A stretch of 46,904 nt of DNA from Candidatus Woesearchaeota archaeon (lineage in GTDB: Archaea > Nanobdellota > Nanobdellia > Pacearchaeales > GW2011-AR1), in NCBI GenBank assembly GCA_964481185.1, contig CAYZSY010000002.1, positions 1-46,904 on the forward strand, written 5' to 3'. How positions within the stretch are numbered: the stretch's first letter is position 1; each line of letters opens with the position of its first letter. The notes under the pieces were generated by a model. That model was not told where the DNA came from. It searched no databases and saw only the letters and a program-made list of their open reading frames with translations. The translations under genes were made by a program, and so were the position numbers. Positions 7,453 through 17,692 of this stretch are shown one piece after another.

Positions 7453-7761
7453 ATGGGCGGCGGAAAACAACGAATAAGGGATGCGACTTCAGATTCAACG
7501 AAGCCATCTGGAGGAAATATTTCTGGAAGATTCAGTTCTGAGGGACCAGTAAATGCAGTTGTTGAGTCAATTGTAGGAAGAACAGGTGCAAGGGGAGAAG
7601 TAACTCAAGTTAATGTTAAAATTCTTGAAGGTAGAAACAAAGACAAGGAAATGAGAAGAAATGTTAAAGGTCCTGTGAGGATTGGAGATTTATTGACATT
7701 GAGAGAAACAGAAATTGAGGCAAGAAGAATAAGAGAAAACAGGAGGTTACGAACTACGTAA
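7453..7761 (+). CDS. rps28e: 30S ribosomal protein S28e with ~30-aa N-terminal extension
   Basis: Core [25 protein letters not shown]....[25 protein letters not shown] is S28e. Preceded by a Gly/Ser-rich 30-aa stretch with no internal ATG. Confidence 0.85.
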   Translation: MGGGKQRIRDATSDSTKPSGGNISGRFSSEGPVNAVVESIVGRTGARGEVTQVNVKILEGRNKDKEMRRNVKGPVRIGDLLTLRETEIEARRIRENRRLRTT

Positions 7762-7768
7762 TAATAAG

Positions 7769-7984
7769 ATGGTAAAGTGTGCTTTTTGCGGAAAAGAAGA
7801 ATCTCCCTATAAAGGTGTTCATTTAATTAAAAATGATGGCTCAATAAATTTTTTCTGCTCTTCAAAATGCAGAAGAAACGTTCTTAATCTAAAAAGAGAT
7901 AAGAACAAGCTGAAATGGACAGAAGCTTACAGGATAAGCAGACAAAGAACTGGTCAGAAAGATATAAAGAAAGAAACAAAATAG
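7769..7984 (+). CDS. rpl24e: 50S ribosomal protein L24e
   Basis: 71 aa. CAFCGKEESPYKGVHLIKNDGSINFFCSSKCRRN zinc-ribbon signature of L24e, in the conserved position after L7Ae and S28e. Confidence 0.85.
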   Translation: MVKCAFCGKEESPYKGVHLIKNDGSINFFCSSKCRRNVLNLKRDKNKLKWTEAYRISRQRTGQKDIKKETK

Positions 7985-8077
7985 GAAAAATCTAGTTTAT
8001 CGTCGGTAAATTCAAAAAAAGATGGCAAAGGTTTATAAAGCAAGTTTGATTTTTTATGTCAGAGAAATAATAATAAT

Positions 8078-11000
8078 ATGATTGCTAAATCTAGCGAGGA
8101 AAAAGAGAGATCTTACAAGTCTGAGCATATAAAAGTACTTGAAGGATTAACAGCGGTGCGTATGAGGCCAGCGATGTACATAGGAAGCACCAGCAAGATG
8201 GGACTGCATCATTTAGTTTATGAGGTTGTTGATAATTCTGTTGATGAAGCTATGGCGGGTTATTGCGATTCTATTGTTGTTTCCATAAATAAGAATGGGA
8301 GTATAACTGTAACTGATAACGGGAGGGGAATCCCTGTTGAACCGCACCCAATTTATAAAAAACCTGCATTGGAAATTGTTGTTACAAAGCTTCATGCTGG
8401 AGGCAAGTTTGAAAAAGGAAGCTACAAGGTTTCTGGAGGTCTGCATGGTGTTGGAATAAGTGTTGTTGCTGCATTATCTAAGCTGATGAAAGCAGTTGTA
8501 AAAAGAGGCGGTAAGATATATCAGCAGGAATATAAAATTGGAAAGCCACAATATGATGTAAAAGTTGTCGGCAGTTGTGATAAAGATGATACAGGCACCG
8601 AAGTAACTTTTTTTCCAGATGAAAACATATTTTCAACAACAAAATTTGAATTTTCCATTTTAGAAAATAGACTTAGAGAGATTGCATTCCTAAATAAAGG
8701 TGTTAAAATTGTTCTTGAAGATGATGAATCAAAGAAAAAAGAGACTTTTCATTATGATGGCGGTTTGATTGAATTTATAAAATGGGTAAATAGGAGCAAG
8801 GAGCCAGTGCATAAGCCTGTTTATTTTGTTAAAGAAGCAGAAGGGGTTACAATTGAGTGTGCTGTTCAATATAATTCTGGCTATCAGGAAAATGTCCTTA
8901 GTTTTGTAAACACAATAAATACTGTTGAAGGCGGGACTCACGTTGTTGGTTTTAAAACTGCGCTTACAAGGGCAATAAACGATTACGCAAATAAAAATAA
9001 ACTGATAAAAGAGAATCTCACTGGAGATGATGTTCGCGAGGGATTGACTGCAATTATTTCTGTAAAGGTTCCTGAGCCGCAGTTTGAGGGTCAGACAAAG
9101 ACAAAGCTTGGAAACAGCGAAATAAAAGGGATTGTTGACGGCATTGCAATGAAAATGCTTACAGAGTTCTTTGAGGAAAACCCTGCTGTTGCAAAGTCCA
9201 TCGTAAATAAATCTCTTGAGGCACAGAAAGCCAGAAATGCTGCAAGGAAAGCAAAAGAGCTTGTAAGGAGAAAAAGCGCGTTTGGTTTTGGGGGGCTTCC
9301 TGGAAAACTTGCAGACTGCTCAAAGAACAAGGCAGAAGAAACTGAATTATATCTTGTGGAAGGCGATAGTGCTGGGGGTTGTTTTGCAGGAAATGTCGAA
9401 GTGGCATTGGCTGATGGGAGAAATGTTTCTTTTGAAAAATTAGTTGAAGAAGCAAAAAATGGCAAGCAAAACTTTTGTTATGCAATCAAAGAAGATGGAA
9501 GCGTTGGAATAGAAAAAGTAACTAATCCGAGAATTACAAGAACAGATGCTTCTGTAATAAAAATAACATTAGATAATGGTGAAGAAATAACTTGCACACC
9601 AGATCATAAATTTATGTTAAGAGGTGGGACATATAAAGAAGCTAAAAATTTAACAAAAGAAGACTCTTTGATGCCGTTACACAAAAGAATCTCTAAAATC
9701 GGCGGAAGAATTACAATTGAGGGCTACGAAATGATATGGGATCAGAATAAAAACTGGATTTTTACACACATGCTTGCCGATGATTACAATCTAAGAAACA
9801 ATATTTATCCAAAGGAACAAGGAGATCATAAACACCATATAGATTTTAACAAGAGAAATAATAATCCGACAAATATTGTTAGGCTTTCTAAAGAAGGCCA
9901 TCTTATTTTGCATACTGAGAATTTGGTCAGGACATTGCACAGGGAAGATGTAAAAAGAAAGGCGGCAGAAGCGCATAAAAACCCGGAGTATAGAGAAAAA
10001 ATGAGCAATTGGGCAAAAAATCCCGAAGTTAGAATTATGATAAGTGAGAATAGTAAAAAACAATGGCAAGATGAGGATTATAAAAACTATATGAAAGAGA
10101 AATTCCTAGAGTTTTATAATTCTGACGAAGAGTATAGAAAGCGAAATAACGAGCTGCTTGATAAAAACCAAAAGGAATATTGGGCTAATCCGGAAAATAG
10201 AGAAAAAGCAGCTGAGAAAGTAAAAGAGTTCTTTAAGAATAATCCAGAAGCTAAGGAATATTTGTCAAATCTTGCCAAAGATCAGTGGAAAGATGAAGAA
10301 TTGATAATTTGGAGAAGACAAAAAACAATGGAGCAATGGACGCCAGAATTTAGACAACAACGAAAGATAGCTTATAACCAGACTTATTATAGAAAAACAA
10401 TTTCTTTGATGAAAAAAGTTATTGAAAAAGAAGGTAATTTGGATAACTTTGATAAGATAAGAATTCAAAACAATGATAAATCTATCTTGAGCCTTAATAC
10501 ATTCAACAAGAGATTTTTTGATAATAATAAGTCGAGAATGGTTGAGACTGTTCAAAATTGGAATCATAAAATTAGGAGTATTGAATTTTTGAAAGAGAAA
10601 ATTGGTGTTTATGATATTGAGGTTCCCAAAATGCACAATTTCGCTTTAGCATCTGGAGTTTTTGTCCATAATAGCGCGAAAATGGCGCGCAACAAGGAAT
10701 TTCAGGCAATTCTTCCATTGAAGGGTAAAATATTGAATGTAGAAAAAGCAAATCCCGTAAAGGTATTATCAAATGAAGAAATTTCCAATCTTATAACTGC
10801 GATTGGAACAGGAATAGGTGAGCAGTTTAAACCTGAGAGTTTGAGATATTCAAAAATTATAATTATGACTGATGCTGATGTTGATGGCGCGCATATTCGT
10901 ACATTGTTATTGACTTTCTTTTTCAGATTTATTCCTAAGTTAATAGATGATGGGCATTTATACATTGCAGTCTCTCCTTTGTACAGAATAAGAAAAAGAG

Positions 11001-11275
11001 GGGACCATTATGTTTATTCAGACGAAGAACTGAAAGATATTCTAAAGGAAATGGGTGGGAGCGTTGATGTACAAAGGTTTAAGGGGCTTGGAGAGATGAA
11101 TCCTGAGCAGCTTTGGGAGACAACTATGAACCCAAAAACGAGGTTGTTGAAAAAAGTTATTGTTGAAGATGCTGCTATTGCTGATGAGGTCTTCTCAAGA
11201 TTAATGGGGGAAGATGTTGAAGAGAGGAGGAAATTCATAGCAGAGAGAGCTCACGAAGCTCAAATTGATATTTAA
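8078..11275 (+). CDS. gyrB: DNA gyrase subunit B, interrupted by an in-frame intein
   Basis: 1065 aa. GHKL ATPase blocks ([21 protein letters not shown]), TOPRIM EGDSAGG then [26 protein letters not shown], and [12 protein letters not shown]. Removing residues 435-865 gives a normal ~634-aa GyrB. Confidence 0.95.
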   Translation: MIAKSSEEKERSYKSEHIKVLEGLTAVRMRPAMYIGSTSKMGLHHLVYEVVDNSVDEAMAGYCDSIVVSINKNGSITVTDNGRGIPVEPHPIYKKPALEIVVTKLHAGGKFEKGSYKVSGGLHGVGISVVAALSKLMKAVVKRGGKIYQQEYKIGKPQYDVKVVGSCDKDDTGTEVTFFPDENIFSTTKFEFSILENRLREIAFLNKGVKIVLEDDESKKKETFHYDGGLIEFIKWVNRSKEPVHKPVYFVKEAEGVTIECAVQYNSGYQENVLSFVNTINTVEGGTHVVGFKTALTRAINDYANKNKLIKENLTGDDVREGLTAIISVKVPEPQFEGQTKTKLGNSEIKGIVDGIAMKMLTEFFEENPAVAKSIVNKSLEAQKARNAARKAKELVRRKSAFGFGGLPGKLADCSKNKAEETELYLVEGDSAGGCFAGNVEVALADGRNVSFEKLVEEAKNGKQNFCYAIKEDGSVGIEKVTNPRITRTDASVIKITLDNGEEITCTPDHKFMLRGGTYKEAKNLTKEDSLMPLHKRISKIGGRITIEGYEMIWDQNKNWIFTHMLADDYNLRNNIYPKEQGDHKHHIDFNKRNNNPTNIVRLSKEGHLILHTENLVRTLHREDVKRKAAEAHKNPEYREKMSNWAKNPEVRIMISENSKKQWQDEDYKNYMKEKFLEFYNSDEEYRKRNNELLDKNQKEYWANPENREKAAEKVKEFFKNNPEAKEYLSNLAKDQWKDEELIIWRRQKTMEQWTPEFRQQRKIAYNQTYYRKTISLMKKVIEKEGNLDNFDKIRIQNNDKSILSLNTFNKRFFDNNKSRMVETVQNWNHKIRSIEFLKEKIGVYDIEVPKMHNFALASGVFVHNSAKMARNKEFQAILPLKGKILNVEKANPVKVLSNEEISNLITAIGTGIGEQFKPESLRYSKIIIMTDADVDGAHIRTLLLTFFFRFIPKLIDDGHLYIAVSPLYRIRKRGDHYVYSDEELKDILKEMGGSVDVQRFKGLGEMNPEQLWETTMNPKTRLLKKVIVEDAAIADEVFSRLMGEDVEERRKFIAERAHEAQIDI
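9380..10672 (+). mobile_element. GyrB intein (431 aa) with HNH-type endonuclease region
   Basis: Begins with Cys right after EGDSAGG ([13 protein letters not shown]) and has a block-B-like CTPDH. Ends [19 protein letters not shown] followed by Ser (SAK). The centre carries [29 protein letters not shown] (HNH, 9827-9913) plus NPE..(K/R)..W helical repeats. No LAGLIDADG motif seen. Confidence 0.85.
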
Positions 11276-11276
11276 A

Positions 11277-13850
11277 ATGACACCTGACAAAGCAACAGAA
11301 GAGAAAATAAAAGCAGAGAATCTTGCTGACAAGAAAGCTGAAGCTGAAGAAGCAAAGAGAAGGGAGAAGAATCTTGTTGAGAAAGGCGTTGAAGCTTCTG
11401 AAATAGTTGAGGAGATGGAGCAGTCTTTTATTGACTATGCGATGTCTGTAATTGTAGACAGGGCATTGCCTGCTGCGGAAGATGGATTGAAGCCAGTTCA
11501 CAGAAGAATTCTTTATGCTATGTATATGCTTGGATTGGATCCTTCTAAACCAACTATGAAATCTGCAAGAATTGTCGGAGAGACAATGGGCAAGTTCCAT
11601 CCTCACGGAAATCTTGCTATTTACGATGCGATGGTTAGAATGGCGCAGGATTTTTCATTAAGATATCCTCTTGTTCATGGTCAAGGAAATTTTGGTTCAC
11701 TTGACGGAGACAGCCCTGCTGCAGAGAGGTATACTGAAGCCAAATTAAGCAAGATAGCGGGGGAACTTCTTGCGGATATTGAGAAAGAAACTGTAAAAAT
11801 GCTGCCTAACTTTGATAATTCTCTTAAAGAGCCAGATTCGCTGCCTGCGAAACTGCCTAATCTGCTTATTAATGGAGCAACAGGAATTGCTGTTGGAATG
11901 GCAACAAATATTCCTCCTCATAATCTAACAGAAATCTGCGATGCTGTTGCAGAATGCATAAACAAGCCAGATGTGACTATAGAACAACTCTCTGAAATTG
12001 TCAAAGGGCCTGATTTCCCGACAGGTGGAATAGTAATGGGCTCCGGAATTAAAGAAATGCACAAGACTGGAAAAGGAAAACTAATTGTGCGCTCAAAAAT
12101 CTCAATGGAAGACCACAAAGGAAAGCCAACAATTGTCATTACAGAGATTCCTTATCAGGTAAATAAAGCAGAACTTGTGAAGACTATAGCAAAACTGACT
12201 TCTGAAAAGAAATTCTCGGATATTTGGGATATAAGAGACGAATCTGCTAAAGGAAAAGTAAGAATAGTTATTGAATTAAGAAAAGGAGTTGAGCCAAAAT
12301 ATACTTTGAATAAATTATACAAGCTTACGAATGTTCAGACCAGCTTTGACGCAAATATTCTTGCTCTTGTTGATAAAAAGCCAAGAATCTTGACTCTAAA
12401 AGATGCGATAGTTGAATATATAAAATACAGGCAGGTTGTTGTAAGAAAAAGAAGCAGGTTTGAACTAACAAAAGCTGAAGAAAGGCTTGAAATTGTTCTT
12501 GGGATGCTAATCGCTTTGAAGGAAATTGATAAAATTGTTGAGCTGATAAAAAAATCTGAAAATGCCACCTCTGCTCACGAGGGTTTGATGAAGAAATTTG
12601 GACTGACAACGCGCCAGGCAAAAGCTGTTCTTGAAACAAGATTGCAACAGCTTACTCATCTTGAAGCTACCAAGTTTAAGGAAGAAGAGAAGACGCTTAG
12701 TGCAACTATATCCGAGCTTAAAAGGATTCTAGGAGATGAAAAAGAAATATTGAAGATAATCAGAAAAGAAGTTTTTGAGATTAAGAATAAGTACGGTGAT
12801 CAGAGGAGAACAAAAGTTGTAAAACAAGTTGAAGAAATTTCAGAGGCAGACATAATTGAAAAGAAAGATGTTGTTGTAATGATGACAGAAGGAGGATATA
12901 TTAAAAGAGTTGATTTGAGAGATTATAAAGAGCAGAAGAGGGGCGGGGCTGGAGTTTCTGGCGGAGAGCTAAAAGAAGAGGATATTGTAAAGAAAATGAT
13001 TGTCTGCTCCACTCACGATAATCTTCTATTTTTCAGCTCAAGGGGAAGAGTGTATTGGCTCAAAGCAAATAATGTTTCTGCTGCTGAAAGGCAGAGCAAG
13101 GGCAAGGCGCTTGTAAATCTTTTGAACTTGAGAGACGAGACTATTGCAAATGTAATGGCAATAAAGAATTTTGACTCAGGCTATCTGATGTTTGTTACAA
13201 AGCTCGGAATGGTAAAAAAACTTCCATTGAAGCTTGTTTCAAAGCCAAGAAGCACAGGAGTAAGAATAATTAATCTTCCAGCTGACGGCTCTGATGTGAT
13301 TATTAATGTAGCAATGGTAAACGACAAACAGGAAGTCTTAATCTTAACAAAGAAAGGTTTTGCAATAAGGTTTATTTCTGATGAAGTAAGGCCAATGGGA
13401 AGAGCAAGCTACGGAGTTAAGGGGATTGATCTTCGTTCTGGCGATGAAGTTGTCTCTCTTGAGAGCGTTCCTTTAGACGGAAAGACAACTATTCTTACAA
13501 TTACAGAGAAGGGTTTTGGAAAGCGTTCTAATCTTGACGAATACAGAAAAACAAGCAGGGGGGCAAAGGGAGTAATTAATCTGAATGTAAGCGAGAAAAC
13601 TGGAAAGGTTATAGGTTCTATATCTGTAAGCGACAAAGATTCTGCCATAATCACTACAATAAAAGGAATGGTTATAAGAGTTAAAATGAAAGAACTAAGA
13701 GTTATGGGAAGAGCAACACAAGGAGTTCATGTTGTAAAGCTTAAGGAAGGAGACAAGGTTGCTGATATTGTTAAAGTTCCAAGCGAGAGCGAGCTTCAAT
13801 CATTTGTTGTGAATAATTCTTCTGAACAAAAAGAACTAAAGGTCTATTAG
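11277..13850 (+). CDS. gyrA: DNA gyrase subunit A
   Basis: ATG at 11277 is 1 nt after the gyrB stop (the ORF track start 11265 overlaps gyrB). [20 protein letters not shown], active-site region [10 protein letters not shown], and C-terminal beta-pinwheel repeats. Confidence 0.95.
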   Translation: MTPDKATEEKIKAENLADKKAEAEEAKRREKNLVEKGVEASEIVEEMEQSFIDYAMSVIVDRALPAAEDGLKPVHRRILYAMYMLGLDPSKPTMKSARIVGETMGKFHPHGNLAIYDAMVRMAQDFSLRYPLVHGQGNFGSLDGDSPAAERYTEAKLSKIAGELLADIEKETVKMLPNFDNSLKEPDSLPAKLPNLLINGATGIAVGMATNIPPHNLTEICDAVAECINKPDVTIEQLSEIVKGPDFPTGGIVMGSGIKEMHKTGKGKLIVRSKISMEDHKGKPTIVITEIPYQVNKAELVKTIAKLTSEKKFSDIWDIRDESAKGKVRIVIELRKGVEPKYTLNKLYKLTNVQTSFDANILALVDKKPRILTLKDAIVEYIKYRQVVVRKRSRFELTKAEERLEIVLGMLIALKEIDKIVELIKKSENATSAHEGLMKKFGLTTRQAKAVLETRLQQLTHLEATKFKEEEKTLSATISELKRILGDEKEILKIIRKEVFEIKNKYGDQRRTKVVKQVEEISEADIIEKKDVVVMMTEGGYIKRVDLRDYKEQKRGGAGVSGGELKEEDIVKKMIVCSTHDNLLFFSSRGRVYWLKANNVSAAERQSKGKALVNLLNLRDETIANVMAIKNFDSGYLMFVTKLGMVKKLPLKLVSKPRSTGVRIINLPADGSDVIINVAMVNDKQEVLILTKKGFAIRFISDEVRPMGRASYGVKGIDLRSGDEVVSLESVPLDGKTTILTITEKGFGKRSNLDEYRKTSRGAKGVINLNVSEKTGKVIGSISVSDKDSAIITTIKGMVIRVKMKELRVMGRATQGVHVVKLKEGDKVADIVKVPSESELQSFVVNNSSEQKELKVY

Positions 13851-14218
13851 ATATAAATAGTGTCCCTCTCTAAGGATGTAATAACCATTTCTTCCAGAGT
13901 TCTTATAATCTTATAAGCTGCTACTCTTCTACTTGCTTCCTGAATATTTTCTAGAACTCGCCTTATTCTAAAGTAGGCCATTCCGTCATTCAATTCTTCT
14001 TGAATATCTGAGGCTTTTCTAAGTTTTTGCAAAATATTGAAACCCTTAATTGGATTGAATGGCTCTATGCGCTCTATTCTTATGCTGTTCACTTTTCTGT
14101 CTCCATCTGATAGGGGGGTTATGCAAAAGATTCCATTCTCTGGCCAAGGAGCTTGGTTTTCTGCAGATATAATCTCAATGTTGTCGGTGTTTGTATTGTT
14201 TGTTATGTAATATCTCAT
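13847..14218 (-). CDS. hypothetical protein
   Basis: 123-aa ORF. Its start overlaps the stop of the upstream DsbA-like gene by 4 nt (ATGA), which supports co-translation. Confidence 0.5.
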   Translation of the reverse strand: MRYYITNNTNTDNIEIISAENQAPWPENGIFCITPLSDGDRKVNSIRIERIEPFNPIKGFNILQKLRKASDIQEELNDGMAYFRIRRVLENIQEASRRVAAYKIIRTLEEMVITSLERDTIYI

Positions 14219-14916
14219 TTTGATAGCTCTTCATCTATCACTTTCTTAAAAGCAGAATATGTCTGGGCGCCTTCAACAGCCCTTCCATTTATGAAGAATG
14301 TTGGTGTACCTTTAATGTTTTTGCTTTTTCCCATTGAGATATCTGCTTTTATCTGGGAGGTATATTTTCCAGAGTCAATATAATCAGTGAGATTTTTTGG
14401 GTCAGCTCCAAGGCTTATAGCAATTTCTATCATTTTACCTACATTGTTAAGATTATTTTGGTCTGCATATGCTTTCTCTGCAAATTTCCAGAATAATTCT
14501 GGATTTTGTTTGTTGAGCCCGAAAGCAACTGCATGGGCTGCTTCAGCTTCTCCGTGCCCTGGAAAATATTTGAAGACAATTTTAACTTTGCCAGTTTTGA
14601 CATAATTATCTTTTATTAGAGGCATTGGCGCTTCCCATTCTGGAGAGCTTGATTTGAGAGCATTTTCTATAGATGGATTTGCCCCCTCTACTGCTTGACA
14701 GAATGGGCATGAGAAATCAGAAAATTCATATATTATAACTGGAGCATTCTCCGAGCCAAGGACAGGAGAATCTCCTATTGATAGTTCTTGAGTGGTTATC
14801 TTATTTGATGATGAAATGAAAAATATTATTATAATTGTTGCAATTGCTAAAATAATTCCTGCAATCCAGATGGTTTGGTTGTTTTTGGTTGTTTTTGGTT
14901 TCTCGGGTATAACCAT
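14215..14916 (-). CDS. membrane-anchored DsbA-like thiol:disulfide oxidoreductase
   Basis: 233 aa. N-terminal TM helix (IWIAGIILAIATIIIIFFI), CPFC active site in FSDFSCPFCQ, and C-terminal GTPTFFING typical of the DsbA/thioredoxin fold. Confidence 0.8.
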   Translation of the reverse strand: MVIPEKPKTTKNNQTIWIAGIILAIATIIIIFFISSSNKITTQELSIGDSPVLGSENAPVIIYEFSDFSCPFCQAVEGANPSIENALKSSSPEWEAPMPLIKDNYVKTGKVKIVFKYFPGHGEAEAAHAVAFGLNKQNPELFWKFAEKAYADQNNLNNVGKMIEIAISLGADPKNLTDYIDSGKYTSQIKADISMGKSKNIKGTPTFFINGRAVEGAQTYSAFKKVIDEELSK

Positions 14917-15047
14917 TTTGAGAGTAATAAAATCAATTATAAAAATGCTTCGTATAAAAAGATTTGCTATACAAATCTTTAACCTTCGCTTCTTACGAAG
15001 CTTCAGATAAAAAGGTTATTATATTGATAATTTTGATTATTGTTATA

Positions 15048-15121
15048 GGGGTTGTGGGGTAACCTGGTTAGCCTTCGAGTCTCGGGGGCTTGAGATCCCG
15101 GTTCAAATCCGGGCAGCCCCA
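15048..15121 (+). tRNA. tRNA-Pro (anticodon CGG)
   Basis: Acceptor GGGGTTG/CAGCCCC, anticodon arm CGAGT-CTCGGGG-GCTTG, T arm CCCGG-TTCAAAT-CCGGG, discriminator A. 74 nt, followed by TTTT. Confidence 0.85.
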
Positions 15122-15133
15122 TTTTGTTATGGT

Positions 15134-15454
15134 TTAAAGATTTGGATCTCGTATGGTCTCGTACTTTAACTTCTCTCTGCCGCCAAGTGCTTGATAGATT
15201 AAGCGATGCGTATCTCTTCCTTGAGCTTCAGAAACCTTGTATCTCTCAAAAATATCTACAAGATAAGTTTGTAAGATATATATCGATAACTTTGGTGTGC
15301 GGATTTCTGGTGATTTATAACACTCTTTATTGATTCGTTTTTCCAAGTCTCTATAGTTTATACAAAAAACATTAATTACCTCATTTTTAACATCTTCAGA
15401 GAGTGAAGACTTTCTAATAGCTTCATTTATTTGGTTTATATCCTCTACGCTCAT
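15134..15454 (-). CDS. hypothetical protein
   Basis: 106-aa ORF ending 13 nt from the tRNA-Pro 3' end. No motif recognised. Confidence 0.4.
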   Translation of the reverse strand: MSVEDINQINEAIRKSSLSEDVKNEVINVFCINYRDLEKRINKECYKSPEIRTPKLSIYILQTYLVDIFERYKVSEAQGRDTHRLIYQALGGREKLKYETIRDPNL

Positions 15455-15556
15455 AAACTGGCAAGACTCTCTGAACTATATAAGAATTATTGTGATTGTA
15501 TTATATCTAACTAACAAGGTTTATTAAATTTGGAAGTCTTTGTTAAGAGAAATAAA

Positions 15557-15730
15557 ATGAAATATAAAGCATCAACAAAGTCGTTTTTGTTGGGGATTGC
15601 AGGTTTTATAATATCAATTCCTACAATAGCGGCAAAAGGATTTTTCTTGTTTGGCTATCCTTTATTTGTGCTTTCTATCTTAATGTTTGTTCTTGGTATT
15701 TGGCAGTTGATTATTGATAATAAAAGATAG
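15557..15730 (+). CDS. small membrane protein (two predicted TM helices)
   Basis: ATG at 15557 is preferred over the TTG at 15530, which lies inside the TATA-like GGTTTATTAAATTT. Hydrophobic stretches LLGIAGFIISIPTIAA and LFVLSILMFVLGIWQLII. Confidence 0.4.
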   Translation: MKYKASTKSFLLGIAGFIISIPTIAAKGFFLFGYPLFVLSILMFVLGIWQLIIDNKR

Positions 15731-15734
15731 GTTT

Positions 15735-16091
15735 CTATTTTCTTTTCAGATGGTCGGCTGCTTCTAAGTGATTAGAAAGAGCTTTGTAGCTGTAGTCCAA
15801 TAATTCTTTGTTTTGAATTCCATTTTCCGGATTTAAGAGAAACTTGTTAAGTCTTTTCCATGCTTTTTTATATCTAATTAAGTTTGGGAGCCACCCAAGA
15901 GTCACATTAGTGGATGCAGAAATGTAGATATTTTTAGTATAATTGCCTCTTGGGTAATATTTGAACCATGCGGTCTTTTGATTATTCTTAATTGATAAAA
16001 TAATCTCATATCTGTCTTCTCCCATTTTTATATTTGCTTTGTGTTCTGTAACTTCATCAAAAGTAAAGTCTACTTTTTGTTCTAATCCCAT
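15735..16091 (-). CDS. hypothetical protein
   Basis: ATG at 16091 (MGLEQKVDF) is preferred over the track's GTG at 16142, which would run into the structured repeat. TATA-like TTATAAAC lies about 30 nt upstream on the minus strand. Confidence 0.4.
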   Translation of the reverse strand: MGLEQKVDFTFDEVTEHKANIKMGEDRYEIILSIKNNQKTAWFKYYPRGNYTKNIYISASTNVTLGWLPNLIRYKKAWKRLNKFLLNPENGIQNKELLDYSYKALSNHLEAADHLKRK

Positions 16092-16133
16092 AAAAATTTG
16101 ATATTTTTCCGCGTTTATAACATTTATTGTGAT

Positions 16134-16263
16134 ATAGAGCACAAACTATGACTTTTAAGTCATAGATGATTGTATAGTTTGTCTCTGTCTCCCAAAATCC
16201 TTTCAGATAAATCTGAGCAAACCATGGGCTTCAGCCCATGGTTAACACAAGGATTTTGTGATG
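16134..16263. ncRNA. candidate structured RNA / structured repeat, copy 1
   Basis: Non-coding. Domain 1 has long stem (C)AGAG-C-ACAAACTAT/ATAGTTTGT-CTCT enclosing hairpin GACT-TTTA-AGTC. Domain 2 has closing stem CAAAATCC/GGATTTTG enclosing TCAGA-TAAA-TCTGA and ACCATGGGC-TTCA-GCCCATGGT. Second copy at 44600-44718. Strand not determined. Confidence 0.5.
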
Positions 16264-16332
16264 TTATAAATAACATATTATTAATCATTTATGAGTAATA
16301 ACATTTATATATAGAATTTAATCTGTTTTGTT

Positions 16333-16650
16333 ATGGAATTAAGTGAACAAGAGAAAGAAATTGAAGCTAGTGGCAGAAGCCTGCTTGAGGGACTTGTGCA
16401 GAATTTTGAGGAAGAACTCGGAAGCAGTGTAAGCAAAGAGATAGAAGTTGACACAATATCTAAAGATTATGCAAGGTTTAGGGCGCGCATTGCTGGAATA
16501 GTAGATGCTACATTGTATGTTTATCGTGACCCCAAACAGGCAGAAGCTGCGCTAGAACATTTTGAAGCAGAGGGTGTGAATATAGCTTTCAAGAGCGATG
16601 ATAGTGATTTTATTTATTTTGGTGCAGATAACTTGGAATATTTGGCTTAG
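16333..16650 (+). CDS. hypothetical acidic protein
   Basis: 105-aa ORF. TATA CATTTATATATAG lies about 25 nt upstream. No motif recognised. Confidence 0.45.
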   Translation: MELSEQEKEIEASGRSLLEGLVQNFEEELGSSVSKEIEVDTISKDYARFRARIAGIVDATLYVYRDPKQAEAALEHFEAEGVNIAFKSDDSDFIYFGADNLEYLA

Positions 16651-16714
16651 AAATGGCTTGATTGAGGAGGTAATAGCAGTTTAGTCACCCTACTTCTTGA
16701 AAATAGAGATTAAC

Positions 16715-17611
16715 TCAAAATCTCAAACCATCTTTCTTTAGTATCTCAATTAAAAATCTAACAAATGGATTAAGATTTCCAGTTTTGTGCGCTGTTTGAA
16801 GAACTCCATAATATCTAAACCTTCTTTTCTTTGGAATATTAATTAGAGGAAACTTATTTTTATGCATAATAAAATTCATCAATAGTCTACCAACTCTTCC
16901 ATTTCCATCTACAAATGGATGTATTCTCTCAAATTCTATGTGAAAATAAGAAGCTAAAATCAAGGGGTGTAATTTCTTCTTATTCGTTGAGTACCATCTT
17001 AGTAAAGATGCCATTAATTTATGCACTTCTTCTGGTTTTGGGGGGAGATGCATTCCAACTTTAACTCCAACATTCCGGTATATTCCTATCTGCTGCACAA
17101 GATAAGATTTTAATGTGTTTACTACGACCAGTCTATGTAAATTCAGAATAAATTCTTTAGTTATGTCTTTCTTATAATCAAGTATAAAATCAAATGCTTT
17201 TTTATAGTTTAGCACTTCATAAATCTCTCTCATTGATTTTTCTTTTGGGACAATTCCTTCAAACAATAAAAAGGAAGTTTCCTCAAAAGTTAAAGTATTT
17301 CCTTCTATACCTGTCGAGTCATAAGCAAAAAGAGAGCAAAAGGTTTCATACCTATTCTCATAATTTGCTTTTGGCTCCTTAGAAAAATCTCTTTTTACAC
17401 TCGCTAAAAATCTTAAGTCCTTGTCTGTTAATATTTCAGAAAAAATGTTTAATTTTTTGTCTGCTTCTTTCTCTTTAATTTTCAGTTTCTCTTTTGAGAG
17501 GTTAACTCCCAAGTACACTCTTTCTTTATCTGTCTTTTTGCCTCTTTTTACGCTCTTAACTCTGTAATAATACTTCTTACTGCCTCTTTCTTTTATCTCA
17601 TTATAAACCAC
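16715..17611 (-). CDS. Fic-domain protein (AMPylase-type, N-terminal inhibitory motif)
   Basis: 298 aa, GTG start. Canonical Fic motif HPFVDGNGRVGR. An upstream STGIEGN fits the (S/T)xxxE(G/N) auto-inhibitory helix of class II Fic proteins. Confidence 0.85.
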   Translation of the reverse strand: MVYNEIKERGSKKYYYRVKSVKRGKKTDKERVYLGVNLSKEKLKIKEKEADKKLNIFSEILTDKDLRFLASVKRDFSKEPKANYENRYETFCSLFAYDSTGIEGNTLTFEETSFLLFEGIVPKEKSMREIYEVLNYKKAFDFILDYKKDITKEFILNLHRLVVVNTLKSYLVQQIGIYRNVGVKVGMHLPPKPEEVHKLMASLLRWYSTNKKKLHPLILASYFHIEFERIHPFVDGNGRVGRLLMNFIMHKNKFPLINIPKKRRFRYYGVLQTAHKTGNLNPFVRFLIEILKKDGLRF

Positions 17612-17681
17612 ATTTTATATACGTCCACCTTGTTTATAAATTTTTTGTTATGGTGGACACACAAATATCTCTATTTACTCC

Positions 17682-17691
17682 AAAATAAAAA
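17682..17691 (-). terminator. oligo-T tract (TTTTTATTTT on the minus strand)
   Basis: Immediately follows the GGGGCGG end of the tRNA-like element on the minus strand. Archaeal terminators are oligo-T runs. Confidence 0.35.
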
Positions 17692-17692
17692 C

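Noticed and set aside
8078-11275. Oversized GyrB as a gene fusion or mis-assembly
   Set aside because: The extra 431 aa are bounded by canonical intein splice junctions, and removing them restores the contiguous EGDSAGG-SAK motif.
9091-11606. Several 100-124-aa minus-strand ORFs within gyrB and the start of gyrA
   Set aside because: They are antisense to an unambiguous gyrase/intein reading frame, have no motifs, and their composition is typical of shadow ORFs.
16134-16263. Identity of the repeat as 5S rRNA, RNase P RNA, SRP RNA, C/D or H/ACA sRNA
   Set aside because: The 5' and 3' ends do not pair as in 5S. It has two copies and is only ~125 nt, which argues against RNase P and SRP. The CAAAGTCC resemblance to the RNase P GGAAAGUCC motif is limited to one copy. 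No RUGAUGA/CUGA box pair is conserved between copies (ATGATTG vs ATAATTG). No ACA box lies at the right distance from a pocket.
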